64,000 bases of DNA from a virus. The stretch spans positions 25,202-89,201 of IMG/VR virus record IMGVR_UViG_3300005265_000549. One strand, 5' to 3'. A model generated the notes under the pieces. It worked only from the letters and a program-made list of their open reading frames with translations, was not told the DNA's origin and did no database searches. The position numbers and the translations under genes were made by a program. Positions 48,548-58,810 of this stretch are shown in pieces (the stretch's first letter is position 1; the number at the start of each line of letters is the position of its first letter).

Positions 48548-48942
48548 GAAACATAGGCCTTATCTGATGGAATTGTTACACTAATATATCGACATTGTTC
48601 ATCATTTCTAATTAAATGTTCAACATTAGCATTAATATAATACATATCACCTTCTTTTAATAGTTTATCTGGTTCGTTCTTAATTGAAAGAGTTAATGAA
48701 CCTTCAAAAACAATTAATAATTCTTTTGTTTTATGTTTATGATTTTTTAAAACTGAATTTTCTGCATGATAACAAGACATTATACCTATTTGTTTACTTT
48801 TAAATAAACCACGACAATAACTATGACCTTCAATAGTTTCTAATTCAGCAAAATTACCACCATTTTCTTTAATAATTTTTGAAAAATCTAATGATTGAGT
48901 TAAAGCATCATATTTTGCTAAAATCTTTTCAAAATCACTCAT
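48544..48942 (-). CDS. Cupin domain protein
   Basis: HKH...E...V.EG and L.EGD..YI.ANVEH cupin motifs. Confidence 0.8.
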   Translation of the reverse strand: MSDFEKILAKYDALTQSLDFSKIIKENGGNFAELETIEGHSYCRGLFKSKQIGIMSCYHAENSVLKNHKHKTKELLIVFEGSLTLSIKNEPDKLLKEGDMYYINANVEHLIRNDEQCRYISVTIPSDKAYVS

Positions 48943-48953
48943 TTTATTCCTTT

Positions 48954-49373
48954 TTAATTTTTATACCACATATTGATTAAATGACTACTTGTAGCTGTCA
49001 AAGCAATTCCTAAAAAATCACCAGTTAAAACATTTGTAACTTTTCCAGGTTCATTTTCTGAAAGATAAATACTATCACCTATAGAAACTGTTACTGCATT
49101 TTCAACTTGAACATCTTTTATATATCCACTACCTATAGCTTTTCCAGGATTAGCAGATTCTATAACAAAACAATTAGAATAAGTTAATGAAGATGAAGCA
49201 TCAGCTGGTTGAACTGTTCCAGAACTATCAATATATCCAAACATTCCAACAGAAGTAGAGTGAGTATCAACTTCTAAGAAAGCATGTATTTTATTAATTT
49301 CATTAATAACTTCATTTTGTTTGTTAAACCAATCTTGAAATGAATCATCTGGAATGATAATTGTTAAAGCCAT
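48954..49373 (-). CDS. Virion structural protein
   Basis: DSFQDWFNKQNE N-terminal motif and GDSIYLS..PGKVT C-terminal motif, typical of fibre/cement proteins. Confidence 0.55.
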   Translation of the reverse strand: MALTIIIPDDSFQDWFNKQNEVINEINKIHAFLEVDTHSTSVGMFGYIDSSGTVQPADASSSLTYSNCFVIESANPGKAIGSGYIKDVQVENAVTVSIGDSIYLSENEPGKVTNVLTGDFLGIALTATSSHLINMWYKN

Positions 49374-49376
49374 TAA

Positions 49377-49550
49377 TTATTCCTTTATTAAACTTTTAAC
49401 CAAAGTTTCTAATTTTTTAATTTTTTTATCTAAATACTTATTTTTCTTTTCTAAATCTAAAATCTTTTTAGATTCTTCTTGTTTTTGTAAATCTTCTTTT
49501 GAAGGAAAGAATAATAAAGCACCAGAATTTAAACATCTTTTTTCTATCAT
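49377..49550 (-). CDS. Small coiled-coil protein (57 aa, not in ORF track)
   Basis: AAGGA SD; reads MIEKRCLNSGALLFFPSKEDLQ...LIKE and fills the gap. Confidence 0.65.
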   Translation of the reverse strand: MIEKRCLNSGALLFFPSKEDLQKQEESKKILDLEKKNKYLDKKIKKLETLVKSLIKE

Positions 49551-49564
49551 TATTATATATCCTT

Positions 49565-52500
49565 TTAAACAGTTTTCATTATAAATCTAAGTTTTTCAAT
49601 AACTGGTGAACTTAAAGCTGAAGTATTATTTAAATGAATTTTTCCAGTAAATTGTGTTCCAGTTGAATAAGCTGTATCACCAGTTCCACCCGTAGTAATT
49701 GTAGCACCTGATGAATCACCTGTAAAAGTCAAACTAGTTAATGTTCCAGATTTATCTGAAAATAAACAATTTGATGAAGTATGATCAAGATATGTAAAAG
49801 AATTTCCACCATTAGTAAATGTTTCACCTTCTTCTGGAGTTCCGGTTGTTCCAGTAATTCCAATCGTACTAAAATCAGTGATATCAGTTGTATAAATGTA
49901 ATTATATACATCTGTTTCAATTTCAGAAGTTTCATCTTGATCACCAATTCTATTCAAAGGAAAGAACAATAAACCATCCAATGAACCATAAAATGTAGCA
50001 GCTGTTCCTGATGGTAAATTCATATCAAAAGAAGTTTTTACTGTATTATAAGCAGGAACATTATCAACTTGTTTTGTTTGATAATAATTATCACCATCAG
50101 TATTAAAAGCTGAAGTAATAACATTTAAAGTATTAAAATCAATTGATGGAGTAAGTTTTCCATTACCTGTAAATTCAATTTTTATTTTTGCTGAAGTATT
50201 TAATGTATCTAATGTATTAAATTCATCATGTAAAATAGATTCCCAAGTAACTCCATTATCATTAGAATAAAAATATTTAAGATCAGTTTCTGGAGGTAAA
50301 ATATTATCAATTTGTGGATTAATATAAGCAATATTTAATCCAGTTTTATTTTCTGTTATAATATTACCTGATGTTTTAAAAGTAGGTTCATATAATTTAA
50401 ATGATAAATCTTTCGTTTGTAATGGAGTCCAAGTATCATTATTTGAAGAAGCAAATAATATTCCAGTTAAATATGAATTTTTACTGACTATTTCATCGGT
50501 AATAATATCTTTTTTACCCATTTCTGAAATAAATAATGAATATTCATTACTTTCAGAACCAACACTAATAAAAAATGTTTTACCTGCTGGGATAAAAATT
50601 GGAGCAGTAAATTCAATATTTGTTGCAACAGAACCATCAGTTGAAACTGTTATATCTTCTGGTAATATTTCTTGATAATGAAATATTGAAGAACTTGAAG
50701 GAAATCCATTTTCAATATATCCAATTTGTAAAAATGCTTTTGTATCACTAGAGCCTTTAGTTTTAAAATAAAGATCAATAGAACTAAACATTTTATTATC
50801 TTCAAAATTAAAAGATTGTGCAAGAGGATCAATGAACCAATGACGATGGTGACCATTCCAATTCCACCATCTAGTTCTTCTTGACCATCTCCATCCTCTA
50901 ATAATTTCATGTCGTTTAGTAACAACTTTTCTTTTCTTAATAATTTTATTAACACCATTACTTGTAAAAGTAGCTGATGAAATTAAATTAGCATCAATAT
51001 CAATAAAATCAACCTTATGAGTACCGGTTTTTGTATTAGAAGGAACAACAAAAGTTCCAGTAAATCCACCACCAGATTGAACAATTAAATAATCATCTCC
51101 ATCTACAGTACCTGTTGCTGGAATAATTCTAGTATCATCAAAATTTATTTGAATTCTATTTCCAACTGTCCAATCTTGACCAGTAAAAGTAATTATTGAT
51201 TCTTGAGCAATTTGTGCAATTTTTTCTTCAATTTTTTCAGTATTTTTTATAGAAGTATCTAAATATTTTTTAGTTTTTCTAAAATGAACATATCTTCTTG
51301 AAGACCACCACCATAACCAAGGGCGATGAATTGTTCTATATGATCTAACATTAACATTTTTTGTTTTAACAATATTTTTAACTTCTTCATGAACCCAATT
51401 ATCAACAGCTGGATCAATAACAACAGTACCAGCTGCAGGAATAAAACCATAAGGATTTAAATTTAATGTTCCAGTTTTATTTTCTATTTCTAAAGCAACC
51501 GTTTCAGCTGTTCTTTCTAAAGTAATATCAATATGACCACCATCATTTTTAATATCAACATCAGTTTCAGTATTATTTAAATAATCAAAACTTATATTAT
51601 CATAATCAATTGCTGCAGTTAATTCATTATCAATTAAATTTAAAGCACATTTCCAATCACCAGCTGTTATATTTGATTTATCAAAATCACTAAAATTATC
51701 AACTAATATTCCTCTTAAAGATGTTGGTAATTCAGAACTTTTTGCTTGATTTTCTAATGCTAATTCTGCTTGATTTAATTCCAAATCATCTACTCTAACA
51801 AGTAAATTATAAAGATCTCGCATTGTTACTCTAGAATATTTATATTCATAAATTAGAGATTCATCATAATCTCTATTAGGCATCAATTTAATTGTACCTA
51901 TTGGAAGGTTTTGTTCTGAAGCGCTAGGAATTTGATCCTCTGTATAAAAAACAGGATTTCCAGTGGTAACAATTATTTTTCCATCTTTATTAATTGAAAC
52001 TAAATCAGTTCTTGCTAAATAATAATTATAATCAATTAACATTTCAGAAGCATCAACAGGAGTATCCCCACCTGAAATATGAACATCTGAATATTTAGAA
52101 TCTTCAGAATTTGATACTAAAGTATAATCTGTATTAAGAACTAAATCTTTAACATAAATAAAATCAACCCAATATGAACTTCCACCTGATGGTTCACTTC
52201 CACCTGGAGACCAATCAACAGTATCACCAGTCAAAATATAATCAGTTGATGGAGTATAATCTGCACCACCACCATCAGTATCAGAAATTTTTGTAATTGA
52301 ATAAATTGAAGAATAACCTGGAATTGAATCAGCAGTATTTGAAACTGCTCCCCTGATAATTTCAACAGAAGCTACTGCAACATGAGCAGATAAATGCTCA
52401 ACTTCTTTTACATAAGGAACATTTAATTTATAATTTGTTGTTCCACTAGAAAAAGTTTTAGGTTCATTTAATCTTTCATCAAAAGTTTGTGATAAATCAA

Positions 52501-53206
52501 CTTCTATTTTTTGAGGAACTATAAAATTGACTTCATATCCTTGAACATAAGCCTTACCAGCATCGATAGCAAAATTCATTTTATTTGCATTAATACTTGC
52601 TTCTGTATATAATTCCATTCCTTCAACAAGATAATTACCTGATTCATCATATGTTCTTTTTGCTAAAGTATCCATAATAATACTATAATCAGGTTTTTTA
52701 GCTGCATCAGTAATGACACCATCTGTTATAGTATAAAATGTAATCATATCTTCATCATCTTTAGCAATTGTCCATATTTGTTTTAAACGATCAGCACCAG
52801 GTAAATTATAATTATTATATCCAGCTGCAGGATCAAATAATGTTGAATCATCATCAGAATCAATAATTGTTTCGACTATTTTTAATCCGATATTTTCTAT
52901 TCCAGATTTAGTTATTGAGATAGTTTGATCTTCAACTACATATACTCTTCCATCAAAATATAATAACCCTGAAGATAAATAAGCTGTATCTTCAGTTGAA
53001 GAAATAGACAAATCACAACCTTCAATCAATGTACCATTTTTATATAGAGTATTAAAATTTTCTTGTAATTGATCTATTAATAAAGATTGATTTTGTGTTA
53101 ATTCTCTAGCTTGAAGAGGTCGACCAGGATTATAAAGTAATTGTTTATAACCCTTTTCATATTGAGATTGATGGTCATCGTAATAAGGATATTGATTCAA
53201 ATCCAT
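49565..53206 (-). CDS. Large baseplate/virion structural protein (DUF4815-like)
   Basis: PYYDD, PGRPLQARELTQ.Q, PGADRLK, LAKRTYDESGNY, GKAYV.GYEV and DPLAQSF. Confidence 0.85.
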   Translation of the reverse strand: MDLNQYPYYDDHQSQYEKGYKQLLYNPGRPLQARELTQNQSLLIDQLQENFNTLYKNGTLIEGCDLSISSTEDTAYLSSGLLYFDGRVYVVEDQTISITKSGIENIGLKIVETIIDSDDDSTLFDPAAGYNNYNLPGADRLKQIWTIAKDDEDMITFYTITDGVITDAAKKPDYSIIMDTLAKRTYDESGNYLVEGMELYTEASINANKMNFAIDAGKAYVQGYEVNFIVPQKIEVDLSQTFDERLNEPKTFSSGTTNYKLNVPYVKEVEHLSAHVAVASVEIIRGAVSNTADSIPGYSSIYSITKISDTDGGGADYTPSTDYILTGDTVDWSPGGSEPSGGSSYWVDFIYVKDLVLNTDYTLVSNSEDSKYSDVHISGGDTPVDASEMLIDYNYYLARTDLVSINKDGKIIVTTGNPVFYTEDQIPSASEQNLPIGTIKLMPNRDYDESLIYEYKYSRVTMRDLYNLLVRVDDLELNQAELALENQAKSSELPTSLRGILVDNFSDFDKSNITAGDWKCALNLIDNELTAAIDYDNISFDYLNNTETDVDIKNDGGHIDITLERTAETVALEIENKTGTLNLNPYGFIPAAGTVVIDPAVDNWVHEEVKNIVKTKNVNVRSYRTIHRPWLWWWSSRRYVHFRKTKKYLDTSIKNTEKIEEKIAQIAQESIITFTGQDWTVGNRIQINFDDTRIIPATGTVDGDDYLIVQSGGGFTGTFVVPSNTKTGTHKVDFIDIDANLISSATFTSNGVNKIIKKRKVVTKRHEIIRGWRWSRRTRWWNWNGHHRHWFIDPLAQSFNFEDNKMFSSIDLYFKTKGSSDTKAFLQIGYIENGFPSSSSIFHYQEILPEDITVSTDGSVATNIEFTAPIFIPAGKTFFISVGSESNEYSLFISEMGKKDIITDEIVSKNSYLTGILFASSNNDTWTPLQTKDLSFKLYEPTFKTSGNIITENKTGLNIAYINPQIDNILPPETDLKYFYSNDNGVTWESILHDEFNTLDTLNTSAKIKIEFTGNGKLTPSIDFNTLNVITSAFNTDGDNYYQTKQVDNVPAYNTVKTSFDMNLPSGTAATFYGSLDGLLFFPLNRIGDQDETSEIETDVYNYIYTTDITDFSTIGITGTTGTPEEGETFTNGGNSFTYLDHTSSNCLFSDKSGTLTSLTFTGDSSGATITTGGTGDTAYSTGTQFTGKIHLNNTSALSSPVIEKLRFIMKTV

Positions 53207-53221
53207 TTATATAATTCCTTT

Positions 53222-53734
53222 TTAAAATTCTAAGATTATTGATACTTTTTCTTTTTGACTGATACTTCTGTGTGTAACTAATCTATTATCTATATAATGT
53301 AAAACACCTTGACTATGAAGATCACCAACATCATATTCTTGTTCTGTACAATCAGTTTCTATATCAACATTCATCCAAGTTGGATTTTCTAAAAGCCCTA
53401 TAGCTCTAAATGAAATCAAAGGATAATTATCATAATCTAAAAGAACATCTAAATATAAATTGATAATATTTTCTGTAAAAATATTTTCTTCAGCAACTTC
53501 TAACCAATTTGTATCTCTATAAACAATAGAACCACCAGGATCAGGTTTTACATATTTGATGTTTTCAACTCTAGCAATAAAATTTAATTCATCTAATAAA
53601 GTATCAGAAGGATCTGGTGCATCAGGAATATTTTCATTTGACCAAGCAGATGTTTGTCCAAAACCAATATAAAGATTTTTTTGTGCTAAATCATATGTTC
53701 TTTGTGTTCTACTGTTTAAAGTAATAACAGCCAT
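53222..53734 (-). CDS. Baseplate wedge protein (gp8-like)
   Basis: YIGFGQTSAW..E..P, FRAIGLL.NP and G.L.YIDNR...R...QKE...I.EF. Confidence 0.7.
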   Translation of the reverse strand: MAVITLNSRTQRTYDLAQKNLYIGFGQTSAWSNENIPDAPDPSDTLLDELNFIARVENIKYVKPDPGGSIVYRDTNWLEVAEENIFTENIINLYLDVLLDYDNYPLISFRAIGLLENPTWMNVDIETDCTEQEYDVGDLHSQGVLHYIDNRLVTHRSISQKEKVSIILEF

Positions 53735-53760
53735 TTAATATTTCTCCTTTAGTTTATTTA

Positions 53761-54291
53761 TCAAGACCAATCAACATCAATTACATCTTGAATAGATGTT
53801 GCTGAATCTACGGATGCTTCCATTATATCTGATTCATCTCTAATTGCTTTTATTTGAGCCCAAATCGCTAATATAGCATCAGAAGTCGCTTCTTCTTCAG
53901 CAGACCAATTTGAAGGACCTATATGTTGCAAATTTAATCCAGTAGCTAATAAATTTCTTTGTTTTATTTCATCAGCAATTTCAAGAATTTTTTCATTAGC
54001 TTCTTTCTTAATTATTTCTTTTTTTCTTGTTTTAACTACATCAATATCTGAATATTTATCAACAATTTTCCATTTCATATAATACTTACCATCAGTATAA
54101 GTAGCACCATCTAATTCAGCATTATGAAAATCATCAACTACTGGCGCAGTTGTTTTATTCAGTATATACCAACCAGTAAAACTAATTTTTTCATCAGTAA
54201 TTTCTGCTGGTAAAGTAGAAGGGTATAATTTTTCTTTTAATTCTTCTACATCATTTAATATTTCTTGAGTTGTTGGGTTATAAAAAACCAT
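53761..54291 (-). CDS. Tail fibre assembly chaperone-like protein
   Basis: Follows fibre genes; C-terminal W..IKAIR..SD..E....V.W motif. Confidence 0.6.
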   Translation of the reverse strand: MVFYNPTTQEILNDVEELKEKLYPSTLPAEITDEKISFTGWYILNKTTAPVVDDFHNAELDGATYTDGKYYMKWKIVDKYSDIDVVKTRKKEIIKKEANEKILEIADEIKQRNLLATGLNLQHIGPSNWSAEEEATSDAILAIWAQIKAIRDESDIMEASVDSATSIQDVIDVDWS

Positions 54292-54311
54292 TTTTTTCTC
54301 CTATTTATTTT

Positions 54312-55316
54312 TTAAGCAAATGCAAAATATATGTAATCAGCCCCATTATAATTACCATGACTATTCCCTTTAACAGTAATTCCAGAAGCATAGTAATCTA
54401 CAAAATCACTTCCGGTTGTCTCATCAGTATTATTATCTAAATCCATATATCCTTCATTTCCTGAACCTATTCCTAAACTTTTACACCACAAATGCCATCC
54501 ACCAGTTGCAGAAATAGACTTTGAAACAAACATACTTGCACCAGTCGCAAATCCCATGTCAATATTCTGTGATGTACCATTTCCAGTATAAGCACCAGTT
54601 TTAAATATACCAGGATAATCAGCAAAAGTATACATGGTAAAATCTTGATTATTTTCATTTACACTTTGACCATATCCTAAAGTCACATAAGTATCATTGA
54701 GAGCTGTATCATTCCAATTATTTGTTTCTACTCTTTCATCTGTTAGATTTAATTTTAATTTATATTCTTCTGGAGCAGTTGCATGTAAGTGTTTATGATA
54801 AACCGCCCAATCACGATCATCGTGATCATTTTTTATCCAGATCATTGTGGGAGTGGTTCCCATCAAATGATTAACTGTTTTTCCAGCCGTTCCATTTCCC
54901 GTATAAGTTTTGACTCTAAAAATTCTATTAGAACTTAAAGAACTAGCTCGAATTGAAAATCCTACATAATGAACACCATTTGTATTAATATAATTACTAG
55001 TACCTAAAGTAAATCCAGTCGTCCCAAAAGCTGTGATTTTATCAGTTGCTGTAAAATATTCATCCGAATTATCAGGATTTAATTGTACATTAACACCATT
55101 TACAGTATCTGAACATTGCCATCGACCATCAGTACCATCTCTATTTTTAACAACAGCTAATCCTCGATTATTAACTAAATCAAGATCAGTTGTAATTGTT
55201 TTAGCTAAATCAAGATCAGTTGTAATTGTTTTAGCTGCACCCGTTCCGGTATAAATAAATTGATCAAATATTTTAGGAAGCCCACCAACAATTTTTAATT
55301 TATCTGCTAATAACAT
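54312..55316 (-). CDS. Tail fibre / receptor-binding protein with YTGNG repeats
   Basis: Three (Y)TG(T/N)G repeats, MIWIK.....W.VYH and C-terminal YIYFAFA. Confidence 0.7.
   Translation of the reverse strand: MLLADKLKIVGGLPKIFDQFIYTGTGAAKTITTDLDLAKTITTDLDLVNNRGLAVVKNRDGTDGRWQCSDTVNGVNVQLNPDNSDEYFTATDKITAFGTTGFTLGTSNYINTNGVHYVGFSIRASSLSSNRIFRVKTYTGNGTAGKTVNHLMGTTPTMIWIKNDHDDRDWAVYHKHLHATAPEEYKLKLNLTDERVETNNWNDTALNDTYVTLGYGQSVNENNQDFTMYTFADYPGIFKTGAYTGNGTSQNIDMGFATGASMFVSKSISATGGWHLWCKSLGIGSGNEGYMDLDNNTDETTGSDFVDYYASGITVKGNSHGNYNGADYIYFAFA
55175..55236. repeat. Perfect 30-bp tandem duplication (AKTITTDLDL x2)
   Basis: ctaaatcaagatcagttgtaattgttttag at 55175 and 55205. Confidence 0.9.
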
Positions 55317-56159
55317 CTATTTAATATCCTTTCCAGCAAGAAAACCATACCAAGTTGTACCAGCATCAATAGTCGTAAAAACTAATATATCTATACCAGA
55401 AGCAGTTAATGTAGGAGCTGTTCCACCTTCCCAATCTACAGAAGTAGGCCAAGTTATCGTAGAAGCTGCACCATTAGTTAAAATTAAAGTGAAAGAACCT
55501 TCAGAACCACTTGCTGGAGGATTACTGAATGTAAATGTTGGTGCTGTTGTTGAAACTGTTGCAGTAATAACATTACCATCTTCTAAATCTACATCTGGAG
55601 AAGCTCCAACAGTACCTAAAGCATTTACTGTTTCTGAATAATCTATTAATTTAGGTCTTTGAAAAGTATTATCAGCCATATTAATACTTGCTGATCTTGT
55701 TTCTGAAGCATTTTTATATGAAACATAAGCACTATAAGCTAAAACATCTGTTCCAATAACCAAACCTAAATTACTTCTTGCTCCAGATGCGTTTGATACA
55801 CCAGATAAATCATCAACTAAAGCATTTACTTCTGATGTTGAATAAACGCCTAAATTACTTCTTGCTCCAGATGCGTTTGATACACCAGATAAATCATCAA
55901 CTAAAGCATTTACTTCTGATGTTGAATAAACGCCTAAATTACTTCTTGCAGTTGACGCATCTGTAACTCCTGATAAATCATCAACCGCTGCACCAATTTC
56001 TGTAGTAATTTCTGATCCTGTTTTAAAATTTGTAACTTGACCTTCTAAAGTAGTTGTTCTAGAATCAACATCAGCTATTCCATCTTCTATGTTATTTAAA
56101 TTTGTTGCATTAATAGCTGGAGCTTGATCATTTACCCACGTTGTTTTTGTATAAGACAT
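55317..56159 (-). CDS. Tail fibre protein
   Basis: MSYTKTTWVN..PAINATNLNNIEDGI attachment-type N-terminus, ARSNLG repeats and WP..V.W.GGTAPTL...DILVF.T.D.GTTW C-terminal domain. Confidence 0.8.
   Translation of the reverse strand: MSYTKTTWVNDQAPAINATNLNNIEDGIADVDSRTTTLEGQVTNFKTGSEITTEIGAAVDDLSGVTDASTARSNLGVYSTSEVNALVDDLSGVSNASGARSNLGVYSTSEVNALVDDLSGVSNASGARSNLGLVIGTDVLAYSAYVSYKNASETRSASINMADNTFQRPKLIDYSETVNALGTVGASPDVDLEDGNVITATVSTTAPTFTFSNPPASGSEGSFTLILTNGAASTITWPTSVDWEGGTAPTLTASGIDILVFTTIDAGTTWYGFLAGKDIK
55765..55949. repeat. Perfect 84-bp tandem repeat (2.2 copies) in the fibre gene
   Basis: Unit starts at 55765, 55849 and 55933. Confidence 0.9.
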
Positions 56160-56170
56160 CTATTTCTCCA

Positions 56171-57166
56171 TTAACTTGTGATATCTAAATTAGCACTTCT
56201 TTGAACATTAATTGTATCTACATCATTATTTGTTAAAGAAAGTGGTTTTAAATTATTTGTTGGTTCTAAATCATTCTTTGGATATATACCATCAAAAAAT
56301 AATTTAGTATCAAAATCATAAAAATCTTTTATTTTATAACTAAATAAATCTTCTATTTTTGTTAAATAATAATCATATGTTCTTACTGAACTTACTAAAG
56401 TTCCAGTAAAAAGTTCATCTATCCAGAACATTAAAGCTATTGTTCCCGATAAAATTATATAATTATTTATCACACCAGGACTAGAAGAATAGACTAATTG
56501 AATATCTCTATTATCCAAAACACCAGTTCTTGAATTTGTATTAAAATGATTTTGTTCCTCAATATAAAATTCTTCATTATTATGAGGAATTATCATTTCC
56601 ATATTTCCAATATCTGGAAATTCAATTATTTTATTAGCAAAAACTTTTACACCGATTGGATGCATAGTGTTTTTAACTAAATCTTCATAAATACCAATAT
56701 CTAAATCAGTTTCAACTTCATATGTATAATAAGCATAATAAAAATTATCATGTAAATATTTACTATTATCTAATTCACTTTGATTTAAAATAAAAATACT
56801 TTCAGCAGGATATTTTATTTTAATTTTTTTATTTAATAAATTAAAAATAAATTTTAATGATTCTTCATTACCTTTATTTGAATAAAAAACTTTTGCATTT
56901 TTAATAAATTCTTTTACATTTAAATCATTTAATAGAGTTGCTGGAAATGAACTAATATATTGTTTTATATAATAAATTAATGAATCATCATTAACAGAAT
57001 TAATATCAATATATTCAGGTAAAGAATATAAAACTCCAACTGGTCCAGATTCAGATTCAATTGCTTCCAAATATTTTTTAATAAAAGCAATATAATTAGG
57101 ATATTCATCTTTAATATATTGTGGAATAATTGCATCAACTAAATAAGAATAAGGTCTTTCTTTCAT
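56171..57166 (-). CDS. Baseplate wedge protein (gp7-like)
   Basis: IP.YI..EYP..I.FIK.Y, FY..KG.EES..F.F, LHD..YY..YTY and HPIG motifs. Confidence 0.7.
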   Translation of the reverse strand: MKERPYSYLVDAIIPQYIKDEYPNYIAFIKKYLEAIESESGPVGVLYSLPEYIDINSVNDDSLIYYIKQYISSFPATLLNDLNVKEFIKNAKVFYSNKGNEESLKFIFNLLNKKIKIKYPAESIFILNQSELDNSKYLHDNFYYAYYTYEVETDLDIGIYEDLVKNTMHPIGVKVFANKIIEFPDIGNMEMIIPHNNEEFYIEEQNHFNTNSRTGVLDNRDIQLVYSSSPGVINNYIILSGTIALMFWIDELFTGTLVSSVRTYDYYLTKIEDLFSYKIKDFYDFDTKLFFDGIYPKNDLEPTNNLKPLSLTNNDVDTINVQRSANLDITS

Positions 57167-58810
57167 TTATACACCAATAAAAGTAAAATTTGTTGTTCCT
57201 AAAATAGGTAAATTATTTCTAATAAAAACAATATCATCAATAGCAGTTTTAAAATATAATAAATTATCTGTTTCATCCATATCATCTCTTGCAAAACTAA
57301 TTCTTCCACTTGTATAATCAACTGAACCAATAATTTCTAAAGTTGATTTATCAACAATATTTCCTAAACTATCATCTCTCAAATATGTATTATCAATTGA
57401 ACCTGGTAATAAAGCATTTCTTGTTTCAAAAGAATAAGCAAAACTTGAAAGAGTTGTTTTATTAAATTTTATATTTAAAATAAGATCAGTTAAATTATTT
57501 GATACTTCTGGTAATTCATCAATTAAATGAATTAAATTTGAATATTTTAATTTAGTATCATAAACTAATAATTGATTTTTAAAATAATCAGAAATATTTG
57601 ATTGAATTTCTGAACTAATAGTTGAAGTTGATTTATTATAATTTAAATAATAATATATTTTTGATGATATATTTACATAAATATAAATTGGATCAATAAT
57701 TTTTAGAACGATTGAAAGTGGCATATATGGTCTAATAAAAGAATATATTTCATCTTTTTGTGTATCTGATAAATTTGAAATCGTATCAACTGGTTTGAAT
57801 GTAGAAAAAATTGTTCCATAAGTTGGAGGACTTTCATCAGCACCATTCCAAACATTCAATATTTCAACAAATGAAATATCTTTTAATAATGCTTGATAAT
57901 CTTGCCTAGTAACCGCTCTATTTTGTGCTTCATAAAATTTTGGAGCATTAGTTTTAATTGAATTTAAACTCTCTTCATTTAATCCTCCATTAGAAACTTC
58001 AGAAGTAATTAAAAAATCACTATTATCAAAAGCGGTAACATTTGAATAAACAGTTTGATCTAATGTAGCATCTGTTAAAGAATTTCCTAAAACTCCTTCA
58101 GTAACACCATAAGTAACTTTTATTTCAACACCATTTAATGGTTTTTTACCAATAATATTATCACCAAAAGTAATTACTAATTTATCATCTAAATTTAAAT
58201 CAACAAAATATATTTCAGAATCACTTGTTCCAGAAATATTATTTCTATATTCTGTCCATAAAACTCCATCAACTGTAACTGAAAGAAAATTATCATCAAT
58301 ATCATAACCATATAATAATTCAATATCACTTCCATCAAAAGTAAATGTTTCTTCATACAATTCTCTTTGATATAAAGAAATTTCAGTTTCAGAAATTTTA
58401 TCTAAAATAGTATATGAAGCTTCTGTTATAAACTTTTTTCCACCAACACTAAACAAACAATTTTGTGGAATTAATATTCCATAATCTTCTTCAATTTCTT
58501 TTTCTAAAGTAACACATTTCATTTTTATTTTTAAACTTGATGAAATTTTTCTATGAGGAATATAGTTTAATGATTTTGCTATCACTACCGCATTTTTATA
58601 AAGTGTTGCAGTATCCAAATATAATTCTTGAGTCGTCATATTTAAATAATAATTTTGTTGAAGTGTAATATAAGTCAACAAATTTGCAATACTATTTAAA
58701 GCAGAACCATCAAAAGAATAATCTTGAAATTCATCAGAATCTTTTATATAATTTATTATATTTTCTTTTAGATCATCAAAATCTAATTTATCAAATAAAT
58801 AATCAGCCAT
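57167..58810 (-). CDS. 6: Baseplate wedge protein (gp6)
   Basis: LDFDDLK, FQDYSFDGS, A..L.YIP, FGDNIIGKKP and APKFY..QNRAVT..DY. Confidence 0.92.
   Translation of the reverse strand: MADYLFDKLDFDDLKENIINYIKDSDEFQDYSFDGSALNSIANLLTYITLQQNYYLNMTTQELYLDTATLYKNAVVIAKSLNYIPHRKISSSLKIKMKCVTLEKEIEEDYGILIPQNCLFSVGGKKFITEASYTILDKISETEISLYQRELYEETFTFDGSDIELLYGYDIDDNFLSVTVDGVLWTEYRNNISGTSDSEIYFVDLNLDDKLVITFGDNIIGKKPLNGVEIKVTYGVTEGVLGNSLTDATLDQTVYSNVTAFDNSDFLITSEVSNGGLNEESLNSIKTNAPKFYEAQNRAVTRQDYQALLKDISFVEILNVWNGADESPPTYGTIFSTFKPVDTISNLSDTQKDEIYSFIRPYMPLSIVLKIIDPIYIYVNISSKIYYYLNYNKSTSTISSEIQSNISDYFKNQLLVYDTKLKYSNLIHLIDELPEVSNNLTDLILNIKFNKTTLSSFAYSFETRNALLPGSIDNTYLRDDSLGNIVDKSTLEIIGSVDYTSGRISFARDDMDETDNLLYFKTAIDDIVFIRNNLPILGTTNFTFIGV

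Noticed and set aside
689-55966. Short antisense or overlapping ORFs in the track (e.g. 689..883, 3799..4125, 24727..24984, 26647..27126, 43653..43883, 50650..50958)
   Set aside because: They are shadows of well-supported genes, with no SD or recognisable motifs.
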